A DNA stretch of 34,162 bases from an uncultured Phycisphaeraceae bacterium (GCA_964509325.1 CAZDYM010000001.1:1-34162); one strand, 5' to 3'. Counted from the stretch's first letter, positions 14,130 to 23,700 are shown. The notes: a model not told the origin generated them from the letters alone. Numbers and translations: made by a program.

Positions 14130-15227
14130 TCAGCTCCCGAAGATCAGTCTCTTGGTCGGGGCCGGCCACCGCGACCGAAAGCAGTCGCGCAGGGCGACAT
14201 GCATCTCCTCCGCTGACTGGTAGCGGTCCTTCGGGTTGCGTTCGATGGCCTTAAGGCAGATCTTCTCGAGGCTCGGGGGGATACTCACAAGGTCGTTCTT
14301 CTCGCTCGGGGGCTCGGGCTCGGTGGTAGCGACGGCTTTGAGCACGTCGAGCTGAGAGGACTGCGAGTACGCCGGCACCCCGGTGAGGAACTCATAGAGC
14401 GTCAGGCCTAAGGAGAAGATGTCGGGCAGCGGATCGCGGTGGTCGGAACGACCCCGGGAGGCGGCCCATTCGGCGATGCGCTCCGGCGCGAGGTAGTTGG
14501 GCGTCCCACCCTTGCTGGAAAGGAAGTTGGATTCAAAATCGCCGACCGTCGCCATGCCGAAATCCGCGAGCTTGAAGCGCCCGTGTTCGTCGAGAAGGAG
14601 GTTGCCCGGCTTGATGTCGTAGTGGTACACGGCCCGCGGCGAGGAGTGAGCGCGGTGCAGCCCCGCGGCGAGGCCCGCGAACCACCACGCGACGAAGCGG
14701 AAGTACAGATCGGTGCCCTTCTTCATCGCCGCGAGCGGCTCCGCGAGCGCGCCGGGGTCGAGCCCGAGCGCGTCGGCGATCTCGCGCGGCTCACGCGCGC
14801 GCGGCTGATCGATGACCTGGGCTTGATTGAGGCGGTCGAGTGCCGATCTGGCCGTGCCGCAGGGCACGTACTCCATCACGATGTACCCATAGTGTTGGGC
14901 GGAGATGTAGTCGTAGACACGGACGATGTGGTCGTGCTCGACCTGGGCCATGGCCACCGCCTCGTTGCGGAGCTGCGCGAGAGCCTCGGGGTGTCTGCAA
15001 CTCAGTTCCTTGAGCGCGACCTGACGCTTCAGGTCTTCCTGGCGTGCCTTGAACACCCGGCCCTGCCCGCCGTTGCCGATTTCGGACAGAATCGTAAAGC
15101 CGCGGACGATCGGCCAATCCCGCGAGCCCAGAGTCGGGATGTCGGTGGCGCGAGGAAAATCGACCGAGGTGCCCGGGTCCACGGGCTGACCGGCGCGGCG
15201 GCGCGGGTTCCGCCGCCCGTTGACCAT
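14130..15227 (-). CDS. Hanks-type Ser/Thr protein kinase, catalytic domain only
   Basis: G-loop IGNGGQGRVFKA, VALKEL lysine, catalytic loop HYDIKPGNLLL, LADFGMA (DFG), GTPNYLAPE (APE), and DIFSLGLTLYEFLTG. The start is set at the ATG at 15227 (MVNGRR...). The track ORF extends to 15761 but overlaps the upstream FHA gene in another frame, so the true start is uncertain. Confidence 0.8.
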   Translation of the reverse strand: MVNGRRNPRRRAGQPVDPGTSVDFPRATDIPTLGSRDWPIVRGFTILSEIGNGGQGRVFKARQEDLKRQVALKELSCRHPEALAQLRNEAVAMAQVEHDHIVRVYDYISAQHYGYIVMEYVPCGTARSALDRLNQAQVIDQPRAREPREIADALGLDPGALAEPLAAMKKGTDLYFRFVAWWFAGLAAGLHRAHSSPRAVYHYDIKPGNLLLDEHGRFKLADFGMATVGDFESNFLSSKGGTPNYLAPERIAEWAASRGRSDHRDPLPDIFSLGLTLYEFLTGVPAYSQSSQLDVLKAVATTEPEPPSEKNDLVSIPPSLEKICLKAIERNPKDRYQSAEEMHVALRDCFRSRWPAPTKRLIFGS

Positions 15228-15316
15228 CTGCTCGGAGAGCAGTTCCTCGGGCGACGACCTGAGAGCCTCCGCGGCCGCGTGGGACTGGCCCGGGGCGAGC
15301 TTGCTCGAGCGCGGGA

Positions 15317-15850
15317 TTAAGGTCGGGGCCTCGCCGAGATCGGTGTGGCTTGGGGGAAGTCGCTCGGTGAGCGGCGGATGAGACGCCGAGTTGGGTGACG
15401 GGGGCGGGTGCCAGGGGCCTGGAGTCGGTTGGGCCCCGTCGAGAGTGCCGAGGGGGGTCGAGGGAGCGTGGGGGCGGGTACGGTGGTCGTGGGGGGCCGG
15501 CTCAGGGACGAGCCGCTCTCGGGGGCGAACGCTGCAGGTTTGATGTCCACCAGAAGGCTCGCCTGGCCAACCTTGATGATGTCCCCGCCGCGGATGGGTG
15601 AAGGCCCGGTGAGCGGCTTGTCTTCGAGGAGGGTGCGGGCCTCGGGGTCGAGGGGCTCGACTTCGATGATGTCGCCACGGTGGCGGATGACGATGTGGTG
15701 CCCGCTCACGCCGGGCGATTGAATGGGGAGATTGCAGTCGCGCTGGCTCCCGACAACGCATTCCTCGCCTTTTTCGGAAAGGGAGAAGACGGAACGGAGG
15801 CTCGAGCCCGTTCCGATGACGACGCGGAGTTCAACGATTACCGAAGACAT
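15317..15850 (-). CDS. FHA-domain protein with Pro/Ser/Thr-rich C-terminal tail
   Basis: N-terminal FHA core: ECVVGSQRDCNLPIQSPGVSGHHIVIRHRGDIIEVEPLDPEARTLLEDKPLTGPSPIRGGDIIKVG. GGAGAGAGG lies upstream of the ATG at 15850. The 3' boundary lies in a low-complexity region and is less certain. Confidence 0.7.
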   Translation of the reverse strand: MSSVIVELRVVIGTGSSLRSVFSLSEKGEECVVGSQRDCNLPIQSPGVSGHHIVIRHRGDIIEVEPLDPEARTLLEDKPLTGPSPIRGGDIIKVGQASLLVDIKPAAFAPESGSSLSRPPTTTVPAPTLPRPPSALSTGPNRLQAPGTRPRHPTRRLIRRSPSDFPQATPISARPRP

Positions 15851-15976
15851 GCGGCACCTCTCTCCGCGGTCGCGGAGTGATCTGGCGGAATTCCGCCGAT
15901 CTCACCACCAACGAGCGCAGTATAACGCAAGAAAGAGCCCAGGGCGGTTCAGGTGCGCCATACAGCCAGGTAATTT

Positions 15977-17611
15977 TCACGTCTTGCTCAATCGCTCGAT
16001 TGAAGCGACTGTTGTATCGTCCGTGAACGACCACCCGCCTGCATGGGCGTTCAAAGCCGTAAACACCGATTCGACATCGGCTTGCGCGCCAGAACAAGGG
16101 TTCAGTACGGCGGCGAGCCGGTCGATTCCGAACATGTCCGCACCGGCGCCCTTTTGCTCCACCGCTCCATCGCTAAACAGAATGACGCGCTCGCCGGGGG
16201 CGAGGCGCTCGACGCAGGGGTGAAACGCGGCTTCCGAATCGATACCCAAAAGTAGGCTGCCCTCCTGCCGGCTTCGGCGGATGGTGCCCGCGGCTTCTCT
16301 GATGAGCCAGAGTCCGTGCCCCGCGTCGACGAACTCAACGGTGTCGGAGCGTGGATCGAAAACGCCGGCCCACAGCGAGACGAAGCGACCGTTGGTGGAC
16401 CGGGCCGAAATGAACCTGTTGGTGGCCGTGAGCGCCTCGGCGAGGGAATGTGACTGGAGCGCAGCGCGAAGAAAGGACTGCGCGGCGGCCATAGACATGG
16501 CGGCTCCGACGCCCTTTCCGGTGGCGTCGCCGAGGACAACAGCGACGCGTCCACCGCTGAGCGTGACAACGTCGAACAGGTCTCCCGCGAGCAGGAGGCC
16601 CGGCTTCATTCGGTAGGCGTAGCGGAACGAGGAGACGTCCGCCTGCTGGGCGGGGAGCATGAGTTCCTGAGCGCTTCTGGCGAGGGCGAGGTCCTCCTCG
16701 AACTGGGCTTGGCGCCGCTCGAGTTCCGCGCGTTTGATTCCGGCGAGGGCGAGGCCGCCGAGGTGGGCGATGGCTTCGCAAAGCACGGCGGACTCAGGCC
16801 CGCCTGCCTGCTCGGAGCCGCGGGCGTCGAGGTAGAGATAGGCGGCGCATGACTGCCCGAGCATGATGGGCGCGCAGGCGGCGGAATGGATCTCTAGTCG
16901 GACGATGCTCTCGCCGTGCTGCTGATTCCCGCACGATCTCGAGTCGACCCAGACCATGGTCCCAGAGGCGGCGGCGCGGAGCAGCGACCTGCTGAAGGTA
17001 ATCTCCGGCGCGGGCTGCCCGGCCCGAGAGGCCGCCGCGAGGACCTCGACGTCGCCGCGTTGGTTGATGGGGCGCACGACGGCGCCGCGGGCGAAGCCGC
17101 TGCCGCCGAGCGCGGCGTCGAGCAGCCTCCGCGCCAGTTCGCGTTCGTCGTTAGCGGCGTGGAGCGCGGTCGCGCAGTTCAGGATGAGCCGAAGGTGCTC
17201 CGAGGCGAAGCGCGAGGCCCCCGGGACGGCGCGGGGCTGAAAATCGACCGCTCGGTCCTCGACGGTGGGCCGGGTGTCCGGCTCGGCGGTGCTGCCGGTG
17301 ACCTGCAGCGCCCAGGGGCCGATGCGGATTACGTCACCGGGCCGGATCGGGCTGGCCCGATTGGCCTCGAGGCGGACGCCGTTGAGCAGCGTGCCGAGCC
17401 GACTGGCGAGGTCGATGAGGTACCAGTGGCCCGTGGCGTGAACCAGTTGAGCGTGGACGCGAGAGACGGATTCGTCCGGTAGGACCCAGTCGCAACGGGC
17501 GGAACGCCCAACGGTGAGTGAGCCATGAAGGCGTTGTAAAGCCAGCGGTTCAACGGCGGGGCCGGCGATGCCGAGGATCGTGAGATTGGCGGTTTCTGGC
17601 TGTCCGCTCAT
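15977..17611 (-). CDS. FHA-GAF-PP2C (SpoIIE-type) Ser/Thr phosphatase
   Basis: FHA: LTVGRSARCDWVLPDESVSRVHAQLVHATGHWYLIDLASRLGTLLNGVRL...GDVIRIG. The central region is GAF-like (...IHSAACAPIMLGQSCAAYLYLD...). PP2C/SpoIIE motifs: LAGDLFDV, LGDATGKGVGAAMSMA, FVSLWAGVFD, VDAGH, ILFSDGAVE, TDDTTV. The start may be the ATG at 17611 or at 17677; neither has a clear SD. Confidence 0.8.
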   Translation of the reverse strand: MSGQPETANLTILGIAGPAVEPLALQRLHGSLTVGRSARCDWVLPDESVSRVHAQLVHATGHWYLIDLASRLGTLLNGVRLEANRASPIRPGDVIRIGPWALQVTGSTAEPDTRPTVEDRAVDFQPRAVPGASRFASEHLRLILNCATALHAANDERELARRLLDAALGGSGFARGAVVRPINQRGDVEVLAAASRAGQPAPEITFSRSLLRAAASGTMVWVDSRSCGNQQHGESIVRLEIHSAACAPIMLGQSCAAYLYLDARGSEQAGGPESAVLCEAIAHLGGLALAGIKRAELERRQAQFEEDLALARSAQELMLPAQQADVSSFRYAYRMKPGLLLAGDLFDVVTLSGGRVAVVLGDATGKGVGAAMSMAAAQSFLRAALQSHSLAEALTATNRFISARSTNGRFVSLWAGVFDPRSDTVEFVDAGHGLWLIREAAGTIRRSRQEGSLLLGIDSEAAFHPCVERLAPGERVILFSDGAVEQKGAGADMFGIDRLAAVLNPCSGAQADVESVFTALNAHAGGWSFTDDTTVASIERLSKT

Positions 17612-17685
17612 GATGGAATGCTCGGGAGGCTCAGAAGTCCGGGTCGTCAGAAGATCGCTGCTACGAGCATACCGCATGCCACGGC

Positions 17686-17713
17686 TTGACCATTCTCACA
17701 GGATCGTTATGCT
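17686..17713 (+). promoter_or_regulatory. Putative sigma-70-like promoter for tpsB-tpsA
   Basis: TTGACC (17686-17691), a 16-nt spacer, then TATGCT (17708-17713). It lies in the divergent gap between the phosphatase gene and tpsB, about 75 nt upstream of the tpsB start. This is a pattern match only. Confidence 0.25.
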
Positions 17714-17787
17714 CATTCTTGGGATTCGCGCGGGATGAGCCAGCGGTCGCTTGGGCTGCTGGACCTTAGGTCATCGTTTGTCCAGCC

Positions 17788-20652
17788 GTGAAGCAGCATG
17801 TGGGGCACCTCGTGGGACAGCAACTCCGCTTCGGATTCCGGGTAAAGCAAACGACGAAGGCCCCGCCTGGCTGGTGGACCGCCTGCTTGTTGGCGGTGTC
17901 GGTCGGTTCGGCGACGCCGTGGGTAGCGGCGCGGCAGCAGGGCGGCAACCCAGCCGCCCCGCCCGAGGGTGTTCCGGGGCCGCCCGCGAAGCCAGACAAA
18001 CCAGACGATTCGGACAAGCCGGAGCGAACCGCGCCGGATCAGGAAGTTGAGGCATTCACGAAGCCGGGGGGGCTAGTCGCCACCGAGGATTTGGAGCAGC
18101 GGGCGAACGCCGCGGGTATGCGCGTTCGAGTTCGTGGGTTCCGCGTTGAAGGCCTCGAGGCTTGGAGAACGGCCGGCGCGGCCCCGCGTGGTGGGCGAAT
18201 CGAGATCGACCCGAACCAGCTGTTCGCGTCGTTCGCGGTCTTCAACGGCGCTTTGATCCCTGGCGTACGGAGTCTTCCCGGGCGGCCGCTCGCGCAGCCG
18301 GACCCAGTGCTTCCGTTGACTGAATGGCTGCAACAGGTTAGCGCCCCACCCGGCGAGGGCGGCGGGTGGTTTGTCACTCCGGGGGCCCTGGACAGCCTGG
18401 TGCAGCCGGCTTTCCCGAGTTCGCGCGAAGAGTATGAGACCCTGCGTATCGCCTTCCGGGAACGCCCGCTCGCGGTCTGGCTGCTCGACCGACTCGGGAT
18501 TGACCTGGGCGAGCAGGAGTTTGTGCCGCCCGATGGTGACGACTTCGTCGAGGCTGAAGCACCCAACGGGGCTGAGCGGCAGAACGAGCAAGCCGCGAGC
18601 GACCAAGGCGAGCCCGACGATCAACCGACCAACCCCAAGGGGCGGAGCCCTGCGCCGGCGTGGCGTGTGGATGACCGCGGCTGGGTGGTATTCCGGGTTC
18701 CACCTCCCGGTCCGGGCGTGTTCGATGATCCCGAGCGACCCAACGGGGTGGGTTTGAGCGTCGACGACATCGACTCGGCCGTCCAAATGAGAGCACCGGC
18801 TCGATTCGAGAAGGCCGAACTGATCCCGTTCGTCGCCACGGACGAGGAACTGGCTGCGGGAGCGCGACCCGATCCCTTCGCGGACCCGGTGTTCAAGGGC
18901 GTCATGTCGCTTTCGGAGGCGATGGGCGAGGTCCGCGCGGAGCTTTTCCGGTACGAAGTGCCCCAGGGAGAGGGGGCGGCGCCCCGAGTGGTTTACATCG
19001 CGGCGCGGGAAGGCATGCCGCGCGGCCGCGTAAGGGGCGTGACACTGAACCAAGTGGCGCAGGCGGACGGCGAGATCGCGGCGTCGGCGCTCGACGCTTT
19101 CTGCCTAGCGATCGCGCGGCGGATGGTCGACAAGGGCATCGCCGGGACGATCGTGACACGCCTCCACGCGGACGACAAGACACTGTTCCCCGACGACGGG
19201 GACCGCCCCGGCGTGCTGCGGCTGCGCGTGCATGTTCCGAGGGTCGGGCAGACCCGCATGCTGGTGCGGAGCCTGGATGACGAGACGCCGCGAATCGACC
19301 CACCGGATGAGACGGTGCTCACCCGAAGGATCCGGGCGGGTTCTCCCGTGACGGAAGACGGCCTGATTCGGGCCAGGGCCCTGGACGATTACACGTTGAA
19401 ACTGAATCGCAACCCGTCGCGGCGAGTTGACGTGACGCTGACCGCCCAGGAGGACCAGAGGGCCGGGGTCGACTATCTGGTGACGACCGCCAGGCCGTGG
19501 ACGTTGTACGCCCAGCTGTCGAACACGGGGACTTCGTCGACGACGGAGCTTCGCGAGCGGTTCGGTGTTTCGAACTACAACCTGAGCGGCGTTGACGACG
19601 CGCTGCTGATCGACTACGTGACGGGCAACTTCCAGGAAGTTCACGCGGTGTATGCGTCTTACGAGCGGCCGTTCTCGTTCAACCCCGACTTGAAGTGGCG
19701 CGCGTTCGGCTCGTTCTCCAAGTACGACGCCTCCGAGGTGGGCCTGGGCGGGCTCGAGTTCACCGGTGAGACGGCCGGGGGCGGGCTGGAGATGTCGTTG
19801 AACTTCTTCCAAAGGCGTTCGTTCTTCGCGGACGCGGTGGGCGGGGCGAGGTTCGAGCACGTGTCAGTCGAGAACAACGCGGGCATCGACACGGACAACC
19901 AGTTCTTCCTCCCGTACTTCGGGCTGCGGTGCGAGTCGCGCGGCGAGGCGGCAGAGGTCTCGGCGGCGCTGTTCGCCGAGTTCAATGCTCCGGACATCGC
20001 GGGCACGAACTCGGACGAGATCGACGAACTGGGGCGGTTCGACAGCGACGACTCGTGGGAGATTCTCCGTGGCGAGGTGTCGGCTTCGGTGTTCCTGGAG
20101 TCCCTGCTGGTGCCAACGCTGCTCGCGCAGGGCCGGACGACGCTGGCGCACGAGCTGCTGGTGTCGGCGCGTGGATTCACGTCCCTGGGGGACCGGCTGC
20201 CGCCGAACTACGCCGAGACCGCGGGGGGTCTTTATAGCGTGCGCGGGTACGACGAAGCGTTCGTTGTGGGTGATGAGGTGGTGACGGGGACCGTGGAGTA
20301 TCGGTTCCACCTGCCCAGGGCGCTGACCTCCTACGCCCAGCTGGAGGAGGCGCCGGGGACTTTGTTCGGCCAGCCGTTCAACTGGCGACCGCCTCGTCCG
20401 CTTCTGAGGCCGGACTGGGACCTCGTGTTCAAGGGGTTCTTTGACATCGGGCGGGTGGGCAACGCCGACCGACAGCCGTTCGAACAGGACACGACGCTGG
20501 CGAGCGCCGGCATCGGCGCGGAACTCGTGATGGGACGAGGGTTTACGGCGCGCGTCGACTGGGGCATCGTGCTGCTGGACAACGATAACGAAAGTGCCAA
20601 GGCCAATGAAGGAGACAGCAAGGTTCACTTTGTGATCACCCTCCTGTTCTAG
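17788..20652 (+). CDS. Two-partner secretion outer-membrane transporter TpsB (ShlB/FhaC/HecB family), unusually long (954 aa)
   Basis: Signal-peptide-like WWTACLLAVSVGSATPWVAA. POTRA-type start VRVRGFRVEGLEAW. Conserved TpsB barrel motif AGGLYSVRGYDEAFVVGDEVVTGTVEYRFHL. Beta-barrel terminus ...KVHFVITLLF. It lies immediately upstream of a TPS-domain exoprotein. The GTG start at 17788 is uncertain. Confidence 0.8.
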   Translation: MKQHVGHLVGQQLRFGFRVKQTTKAPPGWWTACLLAVSVGSATPWVAARQQGGNPAAPPEGVPGPPAKPDKPDDSDKPERTAPDQEVEAFTKPGGLVATEDLEQRANAAGMRVRVRGFRVEGLEAWRTAGAAPRGGRIEIDPNQLFASFAVFNGALIPGVRSLPGRPLAQPDPVLPLTEWLQQVSAPPGEGGGWFVTPGALDSLVQPAFPSSREEYETLRIAFRERPLAVWLLDRLGIDLGEQEFVPPDGDDFVEAEAPNGAERQNEQAASDQGEPDDQPTNPKGRSPAPAWRVDDRGWVVFRVPPPGPGVFDDPERPNGVGLSVDDIDSAVQMRAPARFEKAELIPFVATDEELAAGARPDPFADPVFKGVMSLSEAMGEVRAELFRYEVPQGEGAAPRVVYIAAREGMPRGRVRGVTLNQVAQADGEIAASALDAFCLAIARRMVDKGIAGTIVTRLHADDKTLFPDDGDRPGVLRLRVHVPRVGQTRMLVRSLDDETPRIDPPDETVLTRRIRAGSPVTEDGLIRARALDDYTLKLNRNPSRRVDVTLTAQEDQRAGVDYLVTTARPWTLYAQLSNTGTSSTTELRERFGVSNYNLSGVDDALLIDYVTGNFQEVHAVYASYERPFSFNPDLKWRAFGSFSKYDASEVGLGGLEFTGETAGGGLEMSLNFFQRRSFFADAVGGARFEHVSVENNAGIDTDNQFFLPYFGLRCESRGEAAEVSAALFAEFNAPDIAGTNSDEIDELGRFDSDDSWEILRGEVSASVFLESLLVPTLLAQGRTTLAHELLVSARGFTSLGDRLPPNYAETAGGLYSVRGYDEAFVVGDEVVTGTVEYRFHLPRALTSYAQLEEAPGTLFGQPFNWRPPRPLLRPDWDLVFKGFFDIGRVGNADRQPFEQDTTLASAGIGAELVMGRGFTARVDWGIVLLDNDNESAKANEGDSKVHFVITLLF

Positions 20653-20798
20653 CAAGAATTGGACGAGGCACGGTTCCAATGCCGTGATCCGTTTCGTAAT
20701 CTGGGTCGGCTCGTGACGGAGACATTTTGTTCCGGCGGCACGGAGGCCAGCCCGGATTTCTGCCCGCACCGGTCTGTTTCACGTGGGAGAAGATTCCG

Positions 20799-23700
20799 AT
20801 GGCATCCTTCGCGTTCGCGCTGCGTCCCAGGGCCCTCCGTGCCCGCCTCGCTTCGTTCCGTGGGTCGCGTGGCGTGTGGGCCCTGGCCGCGCTGAGCGGC
20901 TCGTGCCTGAGCGTTCACGCCGCACCGCCCGAGGTGGCGATCTCGCGGGTCGCGGCCGGGAGCGCCAAGGTGACGACGGCGGGGGACGTCACGGCGATCC
21001 GGACGTCGGACCGGGCGATCATCCACTTCTCGAAGCTCGGCGTGCCGGAGGGCTCCACGCTGCGGTTTGACCAGCCCTCCGCGTCCAGCCGCGTGCTGGG
21101 CCGGATCACCTCCAAGGCCCCGACCCAGATTGATGGGAGCCTGCTGGCCAACGGGCGGGTCTTCCTCGTCAACCGCGCCGGCATCATGTTCGGGCGCAAC
21201 GCGGTGGTGAATGTGGGAGCGCTGTACGCGGCGGCGGGCGACATCGCCGATCGAGACTTCCTGCGCGGCGACCTGCGCTTCCGCACCGCGCCGGGCGGGG
21301 TGGTGACCAATCTGGGATCGATCAACACCGACGGAACCGCGGCTTTGATCGGGCGGCAGGTGCTGAATGTCGGCAACGTGCGGTCGAGCGCGGGAACAGT
21401 CGTCTTCGCGGCGGGTCCGGACGTGTTCGTCGGTGAAAACGGCTCGAACGTGCTTGTGAAGATGAACGGGCGGGCGGGGCCGGCCGGCTCGACCGCGCCC
21501 GGGGTCACAAACAAGGGGCGCGCGAGCGGGCGGGGTGTGGTGTTCGCGGCCTCCGACGCGCTCGGCGCGGCGATCTTGAATCAGGGCGTCGTTTCGGCGC
21601 CGGGCGGCAGGGTGGAGATGAAGGCCGAAGCGGGCGTGAGCATCGAGGCACCGGTCGCGGTAGCGTCGGAGTTCGGCCACGCCGGCTCGGTGTCCATCGA
21701 CGCGGGCCGCGCGGGGCACGCCGAGATCAAGGCCACGATCGACGCGACCTCGTCCGCCGCCGGCGGGCTGGGCGGCTCCGTCGAAGTGTCGGGCGCGGAG
21801 ATCCGACTCACCGGGGCCACCATCGACGCTTCGGGTGCCGGCGGCGGCGGGTCGGTGTACTTCGGGGGACGTGAGTTCGGCGGGCCCGGGCTGCCCACCG
21901 CGCGTCTTGCGTTTGTCGCCGAGGACGCGGCCATTCGTGCCGACGCCCTCGACTTCGGCGCCGGCGGCCGGGTGGTCGTCTTCGGCTCCGGGCTGGCGCA
22001 GGTCGATGGATCGCTCACGGCCCGCGGCGGGCTTCGCGGGGGTGACGGCGGGTTCATCGAGACCTCCAGCCGCGGCGCACTGCGGTTGCCGACTGCGCCG
22101 AACGTCGGGGTGCGGTCGGGCGATGGCGCGGCCGGAACTTGGCTGATCGACCCGCTGAGCATCCGGATTGTGGCTGGAAACGGGCAGACCGACATCGATG
22201 GTGATGGATCGGGGGCGAATCCTTTCGTGCCAACCGACCCGGGGGCCAGTGGCGCGGAGTTCGCCACGCTTGGGGCGGACGTCATCACCGACGCCCTTGC
22301 ACTCGGAAACGTCACCGTGACGACCTTCCCGGGTGTTGGGGCTCCCGGTACGGGCGACATCATTGTTGGTGCACCGATCCTGTTCAGCGGACCGACGACC
22401 CCTGCGGGCGAGGACCGCACGCTGACGCTGAGCGCGTTCAATGGCATCACATTCGAGCGAGGAGTGGCGGCGACGAATCTCGGCGGGCGCGCGTTCACGT
22501 TGGTTCTGCAAGCGGGCCGAGGGGCCGGGCAGGCCGGGGCCGTTCGGCAGGTCGCGGTTGCGCCGCCTCCGCCTCCGGGTCCGGTCGATGGGGGCGGTTC
22601 GGAGCAAGGGCGGGGCGAGCCGGGCGGCGGGTCGGGCGAAGCCGGATCGGGAGGGCTGGGTGACGGCTCTGGTCTGGGGTCGGGGAACCCGGGCATCAAC
22701 CTCGGTCCGACTGGCGCGCTGATCATCAGCGGCGGATCGGTGGAGGCCACCGCCGGTATCGTCGCCTCCTCCGTGACCATCAACAACGTCGCGGGTTCGG
22801 TGAAACTGTCGGGCGTGGACGCCCCGGGCGGGGTGTCGTTCGGCAATGTTGGGGGTCCGGTGACGCTCGCCGCTCCGGCGAACGCCGATGTTGTGGTCGG
22901 GCCCTCATCGATCAACGGGCTGGCCGCGTTCACGGCGACCGGTACCGGGCGGGTGCGCGGCGTTGCGCCGGGCACGCTGGTTTCGGCTGGGTCCATCGCG
23001 GTCAATAGCGGTTCGGCCGCCGCTGACGCGGTGAGCCTGCTCAATCTCGCCACCTCAGGGCCGGTCAGCGTGAATGCGGCGAACGGCGGAGTGATCCTGG
23101 GCTCGGCGCAAACGACGGCGCTGACTCTCGGGATGATCACCGCGGGCACTTCCCTGAATGTGATCACGGCGGGTGATCTGGTCAACACGGGTGCGATCTC
23201 GGTGACAGGCGGGTCGGCGGGCGCGACCACGGCGACTTTCGTGAGCCAGCAGGGTGATGTCACGCTCACGGGCCTGAACGTGGCGCGGCGCATCTCGGCG
23301 TCGGCGTCGGCCGCGGGCGGAGACATCTCACTGACCTCCACGCCGGGGACGGCGATGGATGTGGCGTCCGCGGCGGCGGGTCGAAGCATTACGCTGAGCG
23401 CACCCACCGATACGGGGGCGGCGGTGCTCGGGACGCTGACCACCGGCGCACTGACCGCCGGCACGGGCGCGACCACGATTGATCTGCGCGCTGACCGGAT
23501 GAACCTCACCGGCGGCGACGGGTCCATTCAGAATCAGGGGGGCGGGGGCACACTGCGCATCCGGCCGGACTCGGTGGCGCGGAACGTGTCGATCGGCGGC
23601 GCGGCGGCCGACGACGCCAGCACCCTGGGGCTCTCGGGTGCCGAACTTCTGGCGTTCCGCGACGGGTTCGCCTCCGTGGTGATCGGGAGCCTCGACACGG

